From assembly GCA_021820465.1 (NCBI GenBank), contig JAKADP010000004.1, forward strand, positions 11,319 to 75,318: a stretch of DNA of 64,000 nucleotides, written 5' to 3'. Shown piece by piece: positions 9,527 to 18,144 of the stretch. The notes under the pieces were generated by a model. It was given only the letters and a program-made list of their open reading frames with translations. It did not search any database and was not told the DNA's origin. This stretch comes from Bacillota bacterium. Lineage in GTDB: Bacteria; Bacillota; Sulfobacillia; Sulfobacillales; JAIMBI01. Both the position numbers and the translations under genes were made by a program. Within the stretch, counting starts at the first letter, position 1. Every line of letters starts with the position of its first letter.

Positions 9527-10188
9527 TGCGCTGGACGACGGTGTTTTGGGATTTGGACGGGACCCTCATCGACCCATGGGAGGGCATTACCAGGGCTGTG
9601 GGCTATGCACTGGCCACGATGGGCCACCCGCAGCTGGAGGACGCGGCGCTGGGCCGCTTCATTGGGCCGCCCCTGTTAGATTCCTTTCGCCGCGCCACCG
9701 GATGGGACGAGGCGCACTGCCGTCAGGCCGTCGACCACTACCGGGTGCACTTCCGCCGGGACGGCATCCGCCAGCAGCACCTGTATCCCGGAATCGCCGG
9801 CGTGGTGCGGGATTTGGCCCGCCGCGGAGTGCGCCAGGTTGTCGCCACCTCGAAGCCCACCGTGTTCGCGGAACAGATTGTGGCGCAACACCAACTTCGT
9901 CCGTGCTTTAAGGCGGTTGTCGGCTCCCAGTTGGACGGCCGGCGAGCAGCCAAGCGGGAGGTGCTGCGGGCAGCCGCAGACATGCTGGGCACTCTGAACG
10001 CCAGACACGCCGTGATGATTGGGGACACGGCCGCCGACGTGGAGGCGGCCCGCGCGCTGGGGTGCGACAGCGTAGCGGTGCGCTACGGCTACGGCTGCTG
10101 GGACGAGACGCTGCGCGCGCGCCCCACGCTGACGGCCGACACGGTGGCCGAACTGGCGCGCCTGTTGATTGGCCACCCGGTGGCGTGA
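9523..10188 (+). CDS. HAD-IA hydrolase (phosphoglycolate-phosphatase-like)
   Basis: Track ORF 8974..10188 trimmed to MMRWTTVFWDLDGTLIDP (DxDGT motif I). GDTAADVEAA is motif IV. The start overlaps the upstream stop. Confidence 0.85.
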   Translation: MMRWTTVFWDLDGTLIDPWEGITRAVGYALATMGHPQLEDAALGRFIGPPLLDSFRRATGWDEAHCRQAVDHYRVHFRRDGIRQQHLYPGIAGVVRDLARRGVRQVVATSKPTVFAEQIVAQHQLRPCFKAVVGSQLDGRRAAKREVLRAAADMLGTLNARHAVMIGDTAADVEAARALGCDSVAVRYGYGCWDETLRARPTLTADTVAELARLLIGHPVA

Positions 10189-10433
10189 CGCGCCGAACGC
10201 TCCCGCGCTGCATCCAGCCCACCGGTCACGATCCCGATCCGTGGCTTTCATTAAGTGGCCCAGATGCTGCAGGATGGCGGGGTAAGCAACGGCGTGTCAT
10301 CCGTAAATTCGAAACGACTCCGGCCCTCAGCCACGGCAGGCGCGGCCGAAGAAATTGGAGTCGGCTGTTCGTGCACGCTGGCGATCATCGCCGATGTGTG
10401 CTAGCGTCGGCGCCGCGAAGGCGCCGTAAAAAG

Positions 10434-10518
<85 letters not shown>

Positions 10519-10526
10519 AAAAAATT

Positions 10527-10613
10527 TGGTGCCGAAGGTGGGACTCGAACCCACACGAGCTTACGCTCACGGCGCCCTGAACACCGCGTGTCTGCCAGTT
10601 TCACCACTTCGGC
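10527..10613 (-). tRNA. tRNA-Leu (anticodon CAG), CCA encoded
   Basis: Hand-folded with acceptor GCCGAAG/CTTCGGC, anticodon arm CGGTG/TTCAGGG/CGCCG, long variable arm, and T-arm GTGGG-TTCGAGT-CCCAC. Confidence 0.9.
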
Positions 10614-10626
10614 ATGAAGCAAGCCG

Positions 10627-10655
10627 ATTGTAGCAGAGCGCCAGCGGCGGTGCAA
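10627..10655 (-). promoter_or_regulatory. promoter of the tRNA-Leu pair (TTGCAC-17 nt-TACAAT)
   Basis: On the minus strand the -35 is at 10655-10650 and the -10 at 10632-10627, 13 nt upstream of the mature tRNA 5' end. Confidence 0.6.
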
Positions 10656-10856
10656 TGCATTTTCACAGGGGCGGACGAAGATCCTGGCACCGTGCGTCGC
10701 CGTACCAATAGAGGGCCCGGCGCGGCTAGGGAGCCTGCTGCGGGCGGCGGTTGGGGCAGGAGCGCGGACTATACTGAGATCGTGCCGCCCGCCAGCGGCC
10801 ATCGCGGCTATACCGCGGCTATAGAAGGGGGAATCCCTGTGACGGAGCCACGCAAG

Positions 10857-11636
10857 ATGCCGGTCCTGTTCATCGCGCACGGATCGCCCATGATTGCGCT
10901 GGAGGAGAGTCCCTACACCACGTTTCTCGATCGCTTGTCCGAGAGCGTGCCGCCTCCAAAGGCCATTGTCATTTTCTCGGCCCATTGGGAAGAGGCCGTG
11001 CAAACGGTGAATGGCGCAGCACGGCTCGAGACCATGTACGACTTCGGTGGCTTTCCCGACGCCCTGTACCAGGTGCGCTACAACCCGCCGGGAGATCCGG
11101 CGCTGGCACAGCGCGTCGGTTCGCTTTTGGCGGCGGCGGGCGTCCAGCATCGCGTGGAGGCCAACCGCGCCCTCGACCATGGGGTGTGGACCATCCTGCA
11201 CCGGGTGTTTCCCGCTCAGACGGTTCCGGTGGTGGAGCTGTCCGTGTGCGCCCAGCTGACGCCGCCGGAGCAGTACGCCATTGGCCGCGCGCTGTCACCG
11301 CTTCGCGACGAGGGGGTTCTCATCGTGGCCAGCGGTGTCACGGTGCACAACTTTGCGATGATGCGGTTTGCCCGGGACGATGGCCAGGCGGCGCCGTGGG
11401 CGGAGGCGTTCGAAGCGTGGCTCGACGATGCCGTGCTCCATTGGCAGCTGGACGACCTCTTCAACTATGCCGAGCGGGCACCCGAGGCGGACAAGGCGGT
11501 TCCCCCGCGGGCGCGGGAGCACTTTGTGCCGCTCTTGTACGCTGCGGGGGCCGCGGACGCGACGCGCCAGGCGCGTGTCTTGTACCGCGACTTTCCATGG
11601 GGCGTGATGAGCAATACGGTCTATCGCTTCGACTAG
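10857..11636 (+). CDS. class III extradiol dioxygenase (LigB / 4,5-DOPA dioxygenase family)
   Basis: MPVLFIAHGSPM... and SGVTVHNF motifs. An alternative GTG start at 10839 has a GAAGGGGG SD. Confidence 0.8.
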   Translation: MPVLFIAHGSPMIALEESPYTTFLDRLSESVPPPKAIVIFSAHWEEAVQTVNGAARLETMYDFGGFPDALYQVRYNPPGDPALAQRVGSLLAAAGVQHRVEANRALDHGVWTILHRVFPAQTVPVVELSVCAQLTPPEQYAIGRALSPLRDEGVLIVASGVTVHNFAMMRFARDDGQAAPWAEAFEAWLDDAVLHWQLDDLFNYAERAPEADKAVPPRAREHFVPLLYAAGAADATRQARVLYRDFPWGVMSNTVYRFD

Positions 11637-11677
11637 CCGCATAGGGCGTTGGATGCGCCGGATCAGATTGGGCGACG

Positions 11678-11686
11678 TGTTACAAT
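11678..11686 (+). promoter_or_regulatory. extended -10 element (TGtTACAAT) upstream of ccmE
   Basis: TG at 11678-11679 and TACAAT at 11681-11686, with no good -35. The ATG at 11699 would leave only a very short leader. Confidence 0.3.
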
Positions 11687-11698
11687 GTTCCGTGAATC

Positions 11699-12127
11699 AT
11701 GGGAAGGCCGGTGGCACCCGTGTCCAAGAAGTTGCGCATCAAGATTGGCGCCGTCCTGGTGCTGGGCGCGCTGGTTTACTTGGGCTTGCAGGCAACCAAG
11801 AGCTTCTCCCAGTATTTCGTGCCTGTAGCGCAGTATCAGAGTCAGCTGGCCCGGTTCAAGGGGCAGATCGTGCGGGTCCAAGGACGGCTCTTGGCGCAGA
11901 GCGTGCACTACAATCCCTCCACCGAGGTGCTGACGTTCCTGCTGGCGTCCGGAGGGCACAGCATGCGGGTTCGCTACGTCGGCGCCCTGCCGACCGAAGA
12001 GTTTAAAAATGCTCATGCCATCGTGGAGGGATCAATGGGCAGGGGTGGCGTCTTTGTGGCTGAGAAGCTGATGGTTCAGTGCCCCAACCACATCGTTCCG
12101 GTTAAGACGTCCAGCGCCGCGGGATAG
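11699..12127 (+). CDS. ccmE: cytochrome c maturation heme chaperone CcmE (Cys-type variant)
   Basis: N-terminal anchor plus an OB-fold-like body (RVQGRL...VRYVGALP...AIVEG). The C-terminal ...LMVQCPNHIVP aligns to the E. coli ...LAKHDENYTP heme-binding site. Start ambiguous (ATG 11699, or GTG 11711/11720). Confidence 0.8.
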   Translation: MGRPVAPVSKKLRIKIGAVLVLGALVYLGLQATKSFSQYFVPVAQYQSQLARFKGQIVRVQGRLLAQSVHYNPSTEVLTFLLASGGHSMRVRYVGALPTEEFKNAHAIVEGSMGRGGVFVAEKLMVQCPNHIVPVKTSSAAG

Positions 12128-12186
12128 GGGTGCGGCGGGCCGCCGCATGGAACCCCGCCCAGAGTGCGCAAGTTGGAGGGTTCACG

Positions 12187-14199
12187 ATGAGCCTTGTGCT
12201 GGTGGGCCGCCTAGCCCTGCTCCTGGCCCTGCTGTCGGCCGCCTACACGGCCGCGGGTGGCTTCTGGGCCCACAAGACGAATAACCCTCGGCTGCGAGAG
12301 AGCGTGCGCGGGGCGGCCCTCGGAATCGCGCTGGCCATGACGGCTGCGGTGCTGGTGCTGGAGTACCTGCTTGCCACCGGAGATTTTTCGGTGGCGGCCG
12401 TGTTCAACCACACCAATCGGGGCTTACCCTTGGCCTATCGTCTCGCGGCGCTGTGGGGCGGGGACTCCGGCTCTGTGCTGTTTTGGGGCTGGCTGCTGTC
12501 GCTGTACACGGCGTGGGCGGCGGGCATTGGGTGGAGGTCGGAGCGCCGCATTACGGCGCTTGCCGTCCCGATTCTGGCGCTGATGCTGGTTTTCTTCGCC
12601 GGCGTGTCCAACGTGGCCGCCGACCCCTTTCGCCTGATCGCCGGCCACCCGACCAACGGCAGCGGTCTGGACCCTCTGCTGCAAAACCCCGTCATGGTGA
12701 TTCACCCACCCGCGATGTACACCGGGCTGATTGGCATGGGGGTGCCGTTTGCCCTCTTTATGAGCGCGCTGTGGCAGCGCCTGCCCAGCGAGTCGTGGAC
12801 GCCGCTGGTGCGGCGGTGGCTCTTGTTTGCGTGGATGTTTCTCAGTGCGGCCATTATCTTGGGTGGCTGGTGGGCCTATATGGAGCTGGGCTGGGGCGGC
12901 TACTGGGAGTGGGACCCGGTCGAAAATGCGTCGCTGCTGCCCTGGCTGGCGGCGACTGGCTTTTTGCACACACTCCAGGCCCAGGAGAAGCGCGGCATGC
13001 TGAGGACGTGGTCCGCGGGGTTAGTGGTGGCCGCGTTTCTGCTGACTCAGGTGGGCACCTATATTACGCGGAGCGGCGTGCTGCCCAACTCCGTGCATTC
13101 ATTTGCGGGCACGGGGGTGGGGCCGTACTTCTTTGGGCTGTTTTGGGCGGGCCTCGTCGGGTCTGCGCTGGTGCTGTATGTTCGGCGCGACCAGCTGACC
13201 GACCGCCAGCCCCTGCACGATACGTTTTCCCGTGAGGGCGTCCTGTTCCTCATGGCGTTTCTCATGGCCGTGCTGGTGGTGGTGGTGGAATTCGGGACGT
13301 TCTATCCCATCATTTCCAAGGCGCTCCTGGGCACCACGGTGGTGCTGAAGATTGGGTTCTTCAACACAATGACCGTCCCCTTGTTCCTGGGGGTCGTGGC
13401 GCTCATGGGCATGGCGCCTGCGATGAGTTGGCGGTCGTCCAAATGGAATATCGTGGCTCAGCGCCTTCGGTGGCCCTGGCTTATTGGGCTGGCGGGGGGC
13501 GTGGCCGGCTATCTGTGGGGTGCGCGATCTCTGGGACTGTTTCTGGGTGACTTGCTGGCGGTCTTTGCCTTGGCCGCGACGGTGCAGGAATTTACGCGGG
13601 CGGCATCGATTCGGCGCCGCGCCACGGGGGAGCCATGGGGGGTGGCGCTGGTCCGCGCGGTCAATCACAACCGACGCCGGTTCGGCGCGTACGTCGCCCA
13701 CGCGGCGTTTCTGATCGTGGTGCTGGGCGTGGTGGGGTCGCACACGGGCAACTACGCCGTCGTCAAGACCTTTCGCGTGGGGCAGACCGAGAGCGTCGGA
13801 CCCTATCGGGTGACGTTTCAGGGGCTCGAGACCGTGCCGCACGGCACGTATCAAACGACGCGGGCCGCGCTGGTGGTGAACGGGGGAGGACTGGTCCGCG
13901 ACGCGCTGGCCCCCGGATTGGAGTTCTTCCCCGGGTCGTCGCAGCCCGTCGCGCACGTGGCCATTCAGGGAGGCTGGGTGCAGGATCTCTACACGGTGCT
14001 GGTGGGGTACAGCCCTGGGGGCACCACGGCGAATGTCGAGTTTTTTGTGAACCCGATGGTGTCGTGGATCTGGATTGGCATGTACGTCATCGTGCTGGGC
14101 TCCTTGCTGACGCTGTTGGGCGGGGGCCGCCCGCGGCCCAAGGCCGGCGCCGCCGTGGCGGCCGGATCGCTGTGGCGGGCGCGGAGGGATGAGGCATGA
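12187..14199 (+). CDS. ccmF: cytochrome c heme lyase subunit CcmF
   Basis: WGGYWEWDPVEN (WWD motif), many TM segments, about 670 aa. Trimmed to ATG 12187, which follows a GGAGGG SD. Confidence 0.9.
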   Translation: MSLVLVGRLALLLALLSAAYTAAGGFWAHKTNNPRLRESVRGAALGIALAMTAAVLVLEYLLATGDFSVAAVFNHTNRGLPLAYRLAALWGGDSGSVLFWGWLLSLYTAWAAGIGWRSERRITALAVPILALMLVFFAGVSNVAADPFRLIAGHPTNGSGLDPLLQNPVMVIHPPAMYTGLIGMGVPFALFMSALWQRLPSESWTPLVRRWLLFAWMFLSAAIILGGWWAYMELGWGGYWEWDPVENASLLPWLAATGFLHTLQAQEKRGMLRTWSAGLVVAAFLLTQVGTYITRSGVLPNSVHSFAGTGVGPYFFGLFWAGLVGSALVLYVRRDQLTDRQPLHDTFSREGVLFLMAFLMAVLVVVVEFGTFYPIISKALLGTTVVLKIGFFNTMTVPLFLGVVALMGMAPAMSWRSSKWNIVAQRLRWPWLIGLAGGVAGYLWGARSLGLFLGDLLAVFALAATVQEFTRAASIRRRATGEPWGVALVRAVNHNRRRFGAYVAHAAFLIVVLGVVGSHTGNYAVVKTFRVGQTESVGPYRVTFQGLETVPHGTYQTTRAALVVNGGGLVRDALAPGLEFFPGSSQPVAHVAIQGGWVQDLYTVLVGYSPGGTTANVEFFVNPMVSWIWIGMYVIVLGSLLTLLGGGRPRPKAGAAVAAGSLWRARRDEA

Positions 14200-14441
14200 C
14201 CATCATGAGCGTCGTGCTGGCCGCGCTGCTGACAGCCGGCGTGGTTGGCTTGGCGGTCGTGCCATACTTCCGGGCCGTGCCGACCCCCGGCCGTGCGCAC
14301 CCGCTGCCTGACGGCATCCGCCGCCAGATCGAGCAGGAGCTTGAACAGCGCTACTGCCTCGCCTGCGGGGTGCCATTTGACCGCGGCCAGGCGAGGCAGT
14401 GCGAAAGCTGCGGGGCCGAGCGGCCGGCGGTGCGGCGATGA
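14196..14441 (+). CDS. small membrane protein with a four-Cys (CxxC...CxxC) ribbon
   Basis: ATGA overlap with the ccmF stop. One N-terminal TM, then YCLACG...QCESCG. Confidence 0.55.
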   Translation: MTIMSVVLAALLTAGVVGLAVVPYFRAVPTPGRAHPLPDGIRRQIEQELEQRYCLACGVPFDRGQARQCESCGAERPAVRR

Positions 14442-15250
14442 GGCTCCGGTGGGCGGCCGCGCTGGCGGTGGGCTTGGGTATCCTGGGCACGCTGGCCGCC
14501 GGAGGCTCGGTGAGGGCCGCGTCGGGCAGCATTGAATCGGAGCTGCTGGTCCTGTTGCCCCAGGGAAAGCACTTGGCGGTTTACGAGCAGGTGGTGCTGG
14601 CCCATCCCGGCGCGACGACGACGCTGGGGGTGCTGGACGGGCACGGACCCATCAAGGGGGTCAACGTGCAGCTGGGCGCCACCGCAGCACACCACGTGGT
14701 GCTGGATGGTGCCACCGGCACGGTGGCCGTGGAGTACGACGTGCCGTGGAATGGGACGTCGCAGTACCTGGCGGTGCGGCAGTATCTGCCGGTCGCGGCC
14801 TTGGTCGTCATGGTGCCGCCGGCGGACACCCTGCCGCCCGTGCTCAACGCCGCCTTTCAGGTGCTGCCCTCTCGGAAGATTCCTGGCCTGCCGGGGAGCC
14901 CCAAGTTCCACGTCTATGAGACGACCAGCGTGCACGCCAATACCGTGACGGCATTTTCGTTGGCCGCTGGCGGCACCACGGTGCCGGGCCGGCAGGGATT
15001 TCCGGCGATGGGTTCGGCGCTGTTGCTGGCGCTGGCGCTCGTGGTGCTGGGTGCGCTTTATCTGGTGGTGAACTGGTCGCCGCTGTCGGACGCGACCCAT
15101 GACCGGGCGCAGCGGGAGGACTTACTCGAGCGGCTGGCGGGCATCGAGGCCCTTCACCGCCGGGGGGAGCTTGAAGATGTGGTGTATCGGGTGGAGCGGG
15201 AGGCGCTTCTGGGGGAGCTGGCCCGCGTCTGGACCCCGGAGTCGGTGTAG
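14438..15250 (+). CDS. secreted/membrane-anchored protein of unknown function in the ccm operon
   Basis: ATGA overlap with the previous ORF. Signal peptide (…GGSVRA/AS), an extracytoplasmic domain of about 190 aa, one TM, and a helical cytoplasmic tail (…LLERLAGIEALHRRGELEDVVYRVEREALLGELARV). Confidence 0.6.
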   Translation: MRLRWAAALAVGLGILGTLAAGGSVRAASGSIESELLVLLPQGKHLAVYEQVVLAHPGATTTLGVLDGHGPIKGVNVQLGATAAHHVVLDGATGTVAVEYDVPWNGTSQYLAVRQYLPVAALVVMVPPADTLPPVLNAAFQVLPSRKIPGLPGSPKFHVYETTSVHANTVTAFSLAAGGTTVPGRQGFPAMGSALLLALALVVLGALYLVVNWSPLSDATHDRAQREDLLERLAGIEALHRRGELEDVVYRVEREALLGELARVWTPESV

Positions 15251-15255
15251 CTCGG

Positions 15256-16002
15256 GTGCCGGGGGGTGGGGAGGACGGGCCGCTGCTGCGCGCGGTGGGC
15301 GTTGCCAAGCGGCTCGGGGAGCGGCTCGTCCTGCGCGATGTGACGCTGGCGGTGCCCGCTGGAGCGGTGGTCGTGGTGCTGGGGCCCAACGGCTCGGGCA
15401 AGTCCACCCTCTTGAAGCTGGCCGCTGGCGTGTGGGCGCCGTCGCGCGGACGGCTGGAGCGGTTTGGGCGCCCGGTCAGTACGGAGGCGACGGACAGCCG
15501 GGTCGGGTACCTGGGCCACCGGTCGTTTTTGTATGGCGCTCTGTCAGGATTGGACAACCTCACGTTCTACGCGCGGCTGTATGGGGTGCCCCGGCCGCGC
15601 GAGCGGGCGGCGGAGCTGCTGGGGCAAGTGGGACTCGGCCGCTTTCAGCACGAGCCGGTGCGGCGCTATTCCCGCGGCATGGAGCAGCGCGCGGCGATGG
15701 CCCGGGCGTTTGTGGCCCACCCCCAGCTGCTGCTGCTGGACGAGCCGTACACGGGCATGGACGTGGGGGCGGCCGGATTGCTGGATCAGTGGATCCGGCG
15801 GACGACGGCGGAAGGCGGGGGCGTGCTGCTGATCACCCACCATCTGGACGAAGCCGCCCGGATGGCCGACCAGGTGGGCATCCTGTGGCGAGGCCACCTC
15901 GCGGCCCCCCTCATTGAGCGGGAGGGCGGCGATGGCTTCCGCGACCGACTGGCCAGCACCTACGAGGCCCGGTTTCCGGGAAGGCGTCCTCGTGGGGCGT
16001 AA
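15256..16002 (+). CDS. ccmA: heme exporter ATP-binding protein CcmA
   Basis: Walker A GPNGSGKST, an ABC signature region, and Walker B LLLLDEP. Its position is immediately upstream of ccmB and ccmC. Confidence 0.85.
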   Translation: MPGGGEDGPLLRAVGVAKRLGERLVLRDVTLAVPAGAVVVVLGPNGSGKSTLLKLAAGVWAPSRGRLERFGRPVSTEATDSRVGYLGHRSFLYGALSGLDNLTFYARLYGVPRPRERAAELLGQVGLGRFQHEPVRRYSRGMEQRAAMARAFVAHPQLLLLDEPYTGMDVGAAGLLDQWIRRTTAEGGGVLLITHHLDEAARMADQVGILWRGHLAAPLIEREGGDGFRDRLASTYEARFPGRRPRGA

Positions 16003-16669
16003 GTTCACCGCCATCGTCCTGAAGGATCTGCAGCTGGAGCTTCGCAGCAAGGAAACCTGGGTGGCCATGGTAGCCTTCGCCCTGATGGTGGCGCTGGTGT
16101 TCGGCATTGCGGTGAATCCACTGCGGGTGGCGCTGGCGTCGGTGTTTCCGGGGGTGCTGTGGGTGGCGTACCTGTTTGCAGGGATGCTGGGCGTCGGCCG
16201 GGGCTTCGAGCAAGAAGCGCGCGACGACGCGCTGACCGGGCTCATGGTGGCCCCGGGCGACCGGCTGGCTATCTTCCTGGCGAAGCTGACCGTGGCGTTC
16301 GTCTTCATGTTCACCATGGAGTGGCTGGTGCTGCCGTTCATGGTGGTGCTGTTGGGCGAGCCGGTCGCCGGCGGTGTGCTTCCCCTGCTGGCCGTCACGC
16401 TGGCGCTCGGAACGGTAGGGTTTGTGGGGGTGGGGACGCTGTTCGCCGCCATGGCGGCCAACACGCGGGCCGGATCGGTACTCCTGCCGGTGCTCCTCGT
16501 GCCGTTTTCGGTGCCCGTGCTGATTTTGGCCGCCGAAGCGACGGGGGGCGTCTTGGGCCACGTGGTGCCGGCTGTAGACCCGTGGCCCTGGCTGCACGCG
16601 CTGATGGCATACGATGTCGTATTTCTGGGGTTGCCGCTGGTGCTCTATGAGTTTATCTGGGAGGTGTGA
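15992..16669 (+). CDS. ccmB: heme exporter permease CcmB
   Basis: Six-TM protein of about 225 aa between ccmA and ccmC. Start set to GTG 15992, overlapping the ccmA end. The track ORF starts earlier, at 15914. Confidence 0.8.
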   Translation: MGRKFTAIVLKDLQLELRSKETWVAMVAFALMVALVFGIAVNPLRVALASVFPGVLWVAYLFAGMLGVGRGFEQEARDDALTGLMVAPGDRLAIFLAKLTVAFVFMFTMEWLVLPFMVVLLGEPVAGGVLPLLAVTLALGTVGFVGVGTLFAAMAANTRAGSVLLPVLLVPFSVPVLILAAEATGGVLGHVVPAVDPWPWLHALMAYDVVFLGLPLVLYEFIWEV

Positions 16670-16670
16670 C

Positions 16671-17375
16671 GTGACGAAGCCCAAGGCACGTGTGTGGACA
16701 GGCACCTGGTGGCTCTGGCTGATGGCGGCCATTTGGGTGGTGGCCCTGTATCTGAATTTCATCTATACGCCGGACGCCCGATACCTCCTGTCCAGCGAGC
16801 GGATCTTCTACGTCCACATGGGTTCGGCCACGGCCATGACGTTTGTCTACGGCGTGACGTTTGTGGCCAGCATCGGCTACCTGTGGAGGCGGGGGCTGGC
16901 GTGGGACCGCTGGGCCGCGGCGTCGGCCGAGGTGGGGACGCTGCTGACCACCATGGTGCTGGTATCCGGGATCATCTGGGGACGGACGGCGTGGGGGTCG
17001 TGGTGGACCTGGGATCCCACCATCACCACCACCCTGATTCTGTGGGTGCTCTTCTTGGGGTACCTGCTGTTGCGCGACTGGACGGATGACCGAGAGCGGC
17101 GAGCCCGCTATGCCGCCGTGCTGGCCATCGTGGCGTTCTTCCTCGTGCCGCTGGACTACTACGCGGTCTATTTCCTGAAGTCCATTCATCCGGCGGTCAT
17201 CACCACACACGGCGTAAATCTGGCGCCCTCGATGGTGCTGGCCATGCTGGTGTCGATGGTGGCCTTTCTGTTTCTGGCCGCTGCCTGGATCCTCATTCGC
17301 CTGCGCCTGCTGACCGCTGAGGACCATCTTGTGGAGATTCAGGATCGCCTGCGCACGCCCCTCGACTCGCTGTGA
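16671..17375 (+). CDS. ccmC: heme exporter protein CcmC
   Basis: WGSWWTWDP tryptophan-rich motif. GTG 16671 follows a GGGAGGTG SD. Confidence 0.85.
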   Translation: MTKPKARVWTGTWWLWLMAAIWVVALYLNFIYTPDARYLLSSERIFYVHMGSATAMTFVYGVTFVASIGYLWRRGLAWDRWAAASAEVGTLLTTMVLVSGIIWGRTAWGSWWTWDPTITTTLILWVLFLGYLLLRDWTDDRERRARYAAVLAIVAFFLVPLDYYAVYFLKSIHPAVITTHGVNLAPSMVLAMLVSMVAFLFLAAAWILIRLRLLTAEDHLVEIQDRLRTPLDSL

Positions 17376-17396
17376 GAAAAATTCAGGAGGTGGGCC

Positions 17397-17606
17397 ATGA
17401 GCCCGTTGGAGCGCCAGGATCTCTGGTACTTGTTTTTTGCCTACACGGCCTTGTTCGTGCTGATGTTCGGCTTTCTCTACCGGATGTTTCAGAGTACCCG
17501 ACGCTTGGAGCAGGAGCTCGCCCTCCTGCGCGATGAATATCGTGAGGACGACGACGCCGACGCGGCTCGGCACCCGGGAGCGGGCCGCCCGGACGTGAAG
17601 ATGTAG
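17397..17606 (+). CDS. ccmD: heme exporter protein CcmD (small single-TM)
   Basis: 69 aa with one TM (WYLFFAYTALFVLMFGFLY), directly after ccmC, with an AGGAGGTGG SD. Confidence 0.6.
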   Translation: MSPLERQDLWYLFFAYTALFVLMFGFLYRMFQSTRRLEQELALLRDEYREDDDADAARHPGAGRPDVKM

Positions 17607-17630
17607 GGGGGCCGCCAGCGGAGATCTTCG

Positions 17631-17710
17631 GCGCGGTCTCGCGTTGCGTCGCGGTATGTCGCGGTAGGTCGCGGTATGTCGCGGTATGTCGGGGTATGTC
17701 GGGGTATGAT
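17631..17710. repeat. tandem array of about 8 copies of a 10-bp unit (consensus GCGGTATGTC)
   Basis: Read directly: gcgcggtctc gcgttgcgtc gcggtatgtc gcggtaggtc gcggtatgtc gcggtatgtc ggggtatgtc ggggtatgat. Intergenic between ccmD and the mutase subunit. Confidence 0.9.
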
Positions 17711-17733
17711 GGTGCTTTGGACGCGCCAAAGGC

Positions 17734-18144
17734 ATGAGGGATGGGGGCGAGCGAGTGATTCGTGTGTTGGTGGCCAAACCTGGCCTGGATGGGCATGACC
17801 GGGGCGCCAAGGTGATTGCGCGGGCGCTCCGGGATGCGGGCATGGAAGTGGTGTACACAGGCCTGCATCAAACGCCCGAGCAGGTGGCGGAAGCTGCCCT
17901 GCAGGAGGATGTGCAGGTGGTGGCGCTGTCTATCTTGTCCGGGGCGCACCCCACGTTGGTGCCGCGCATTGCCCGACTGCTTCGGGAGAACGGCCAGGGC
18001 GACGTCCTGTTGCTCCTTGGAGGCATCGTGCCGGAGCAAGACGTGCCAAGCATGCTGGAGGCGGGGGTGTCACGGGTGTTTGGCCCGGGCACGGACACAC
18101 GCGATATTGTGCGCTACATCCAGGAGCGGGTGGGCGACTCATGA
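17734..18144 (+). CDS. methylmalonyl-CoA/isobutyryl-CoA mutase-type B12-binding subunit
   Basis: [22 protein letters not shown] (DxHxxG cobalamin-binding motif). Alternative start GTG 17755. Confidence 0.9.
   Translation: MRDGGERVIRVLVAKPGLDGHDRGAKVIARALRDAGMEVVYTGLHQTPEQVAEAALQEDVQVVALSILSGAHPTLVPRIARLLRENGQGDVLLLLGGIVPEQDVPSMLEAGVSRVFGPGTDTRDIVRYIQERVGDS

Noticed and set aside
10407-10432. GC hairpin CGGCGCC-gcgaa-GGCGCCG next to an A/T tract, just beyond the tRNA-Leu 3' end.
   Set aside because: On the tRNA (minus) strand the T-tract precedes rather than follows the stem, and on the plus strand the stem is followed by A's. That orientation does not fit an intrinsic terminator for either transcript.
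14196-14441. The 81-aa ORF after ccmF as a miniature CcmH (it has a CxxC, YCLAC).
   Set aside because: It lacks the LRCxxC context and a signal peptide. The positive-inside rule puts the Cys-containing part in the cytoplasm, and the four Cys look like a zinc ribbon. I kept it as an unknown operon member rather than calling it ccmH.
17631-17710. Tandem repeat arrays (here and at 47676-47783) considered as possible CRISPR arrays.
   Set aside because: The units are 10 and 12 bp with no intervening unique spacers, and no cas genes are present. They are microsatellite-type tandem repeats.
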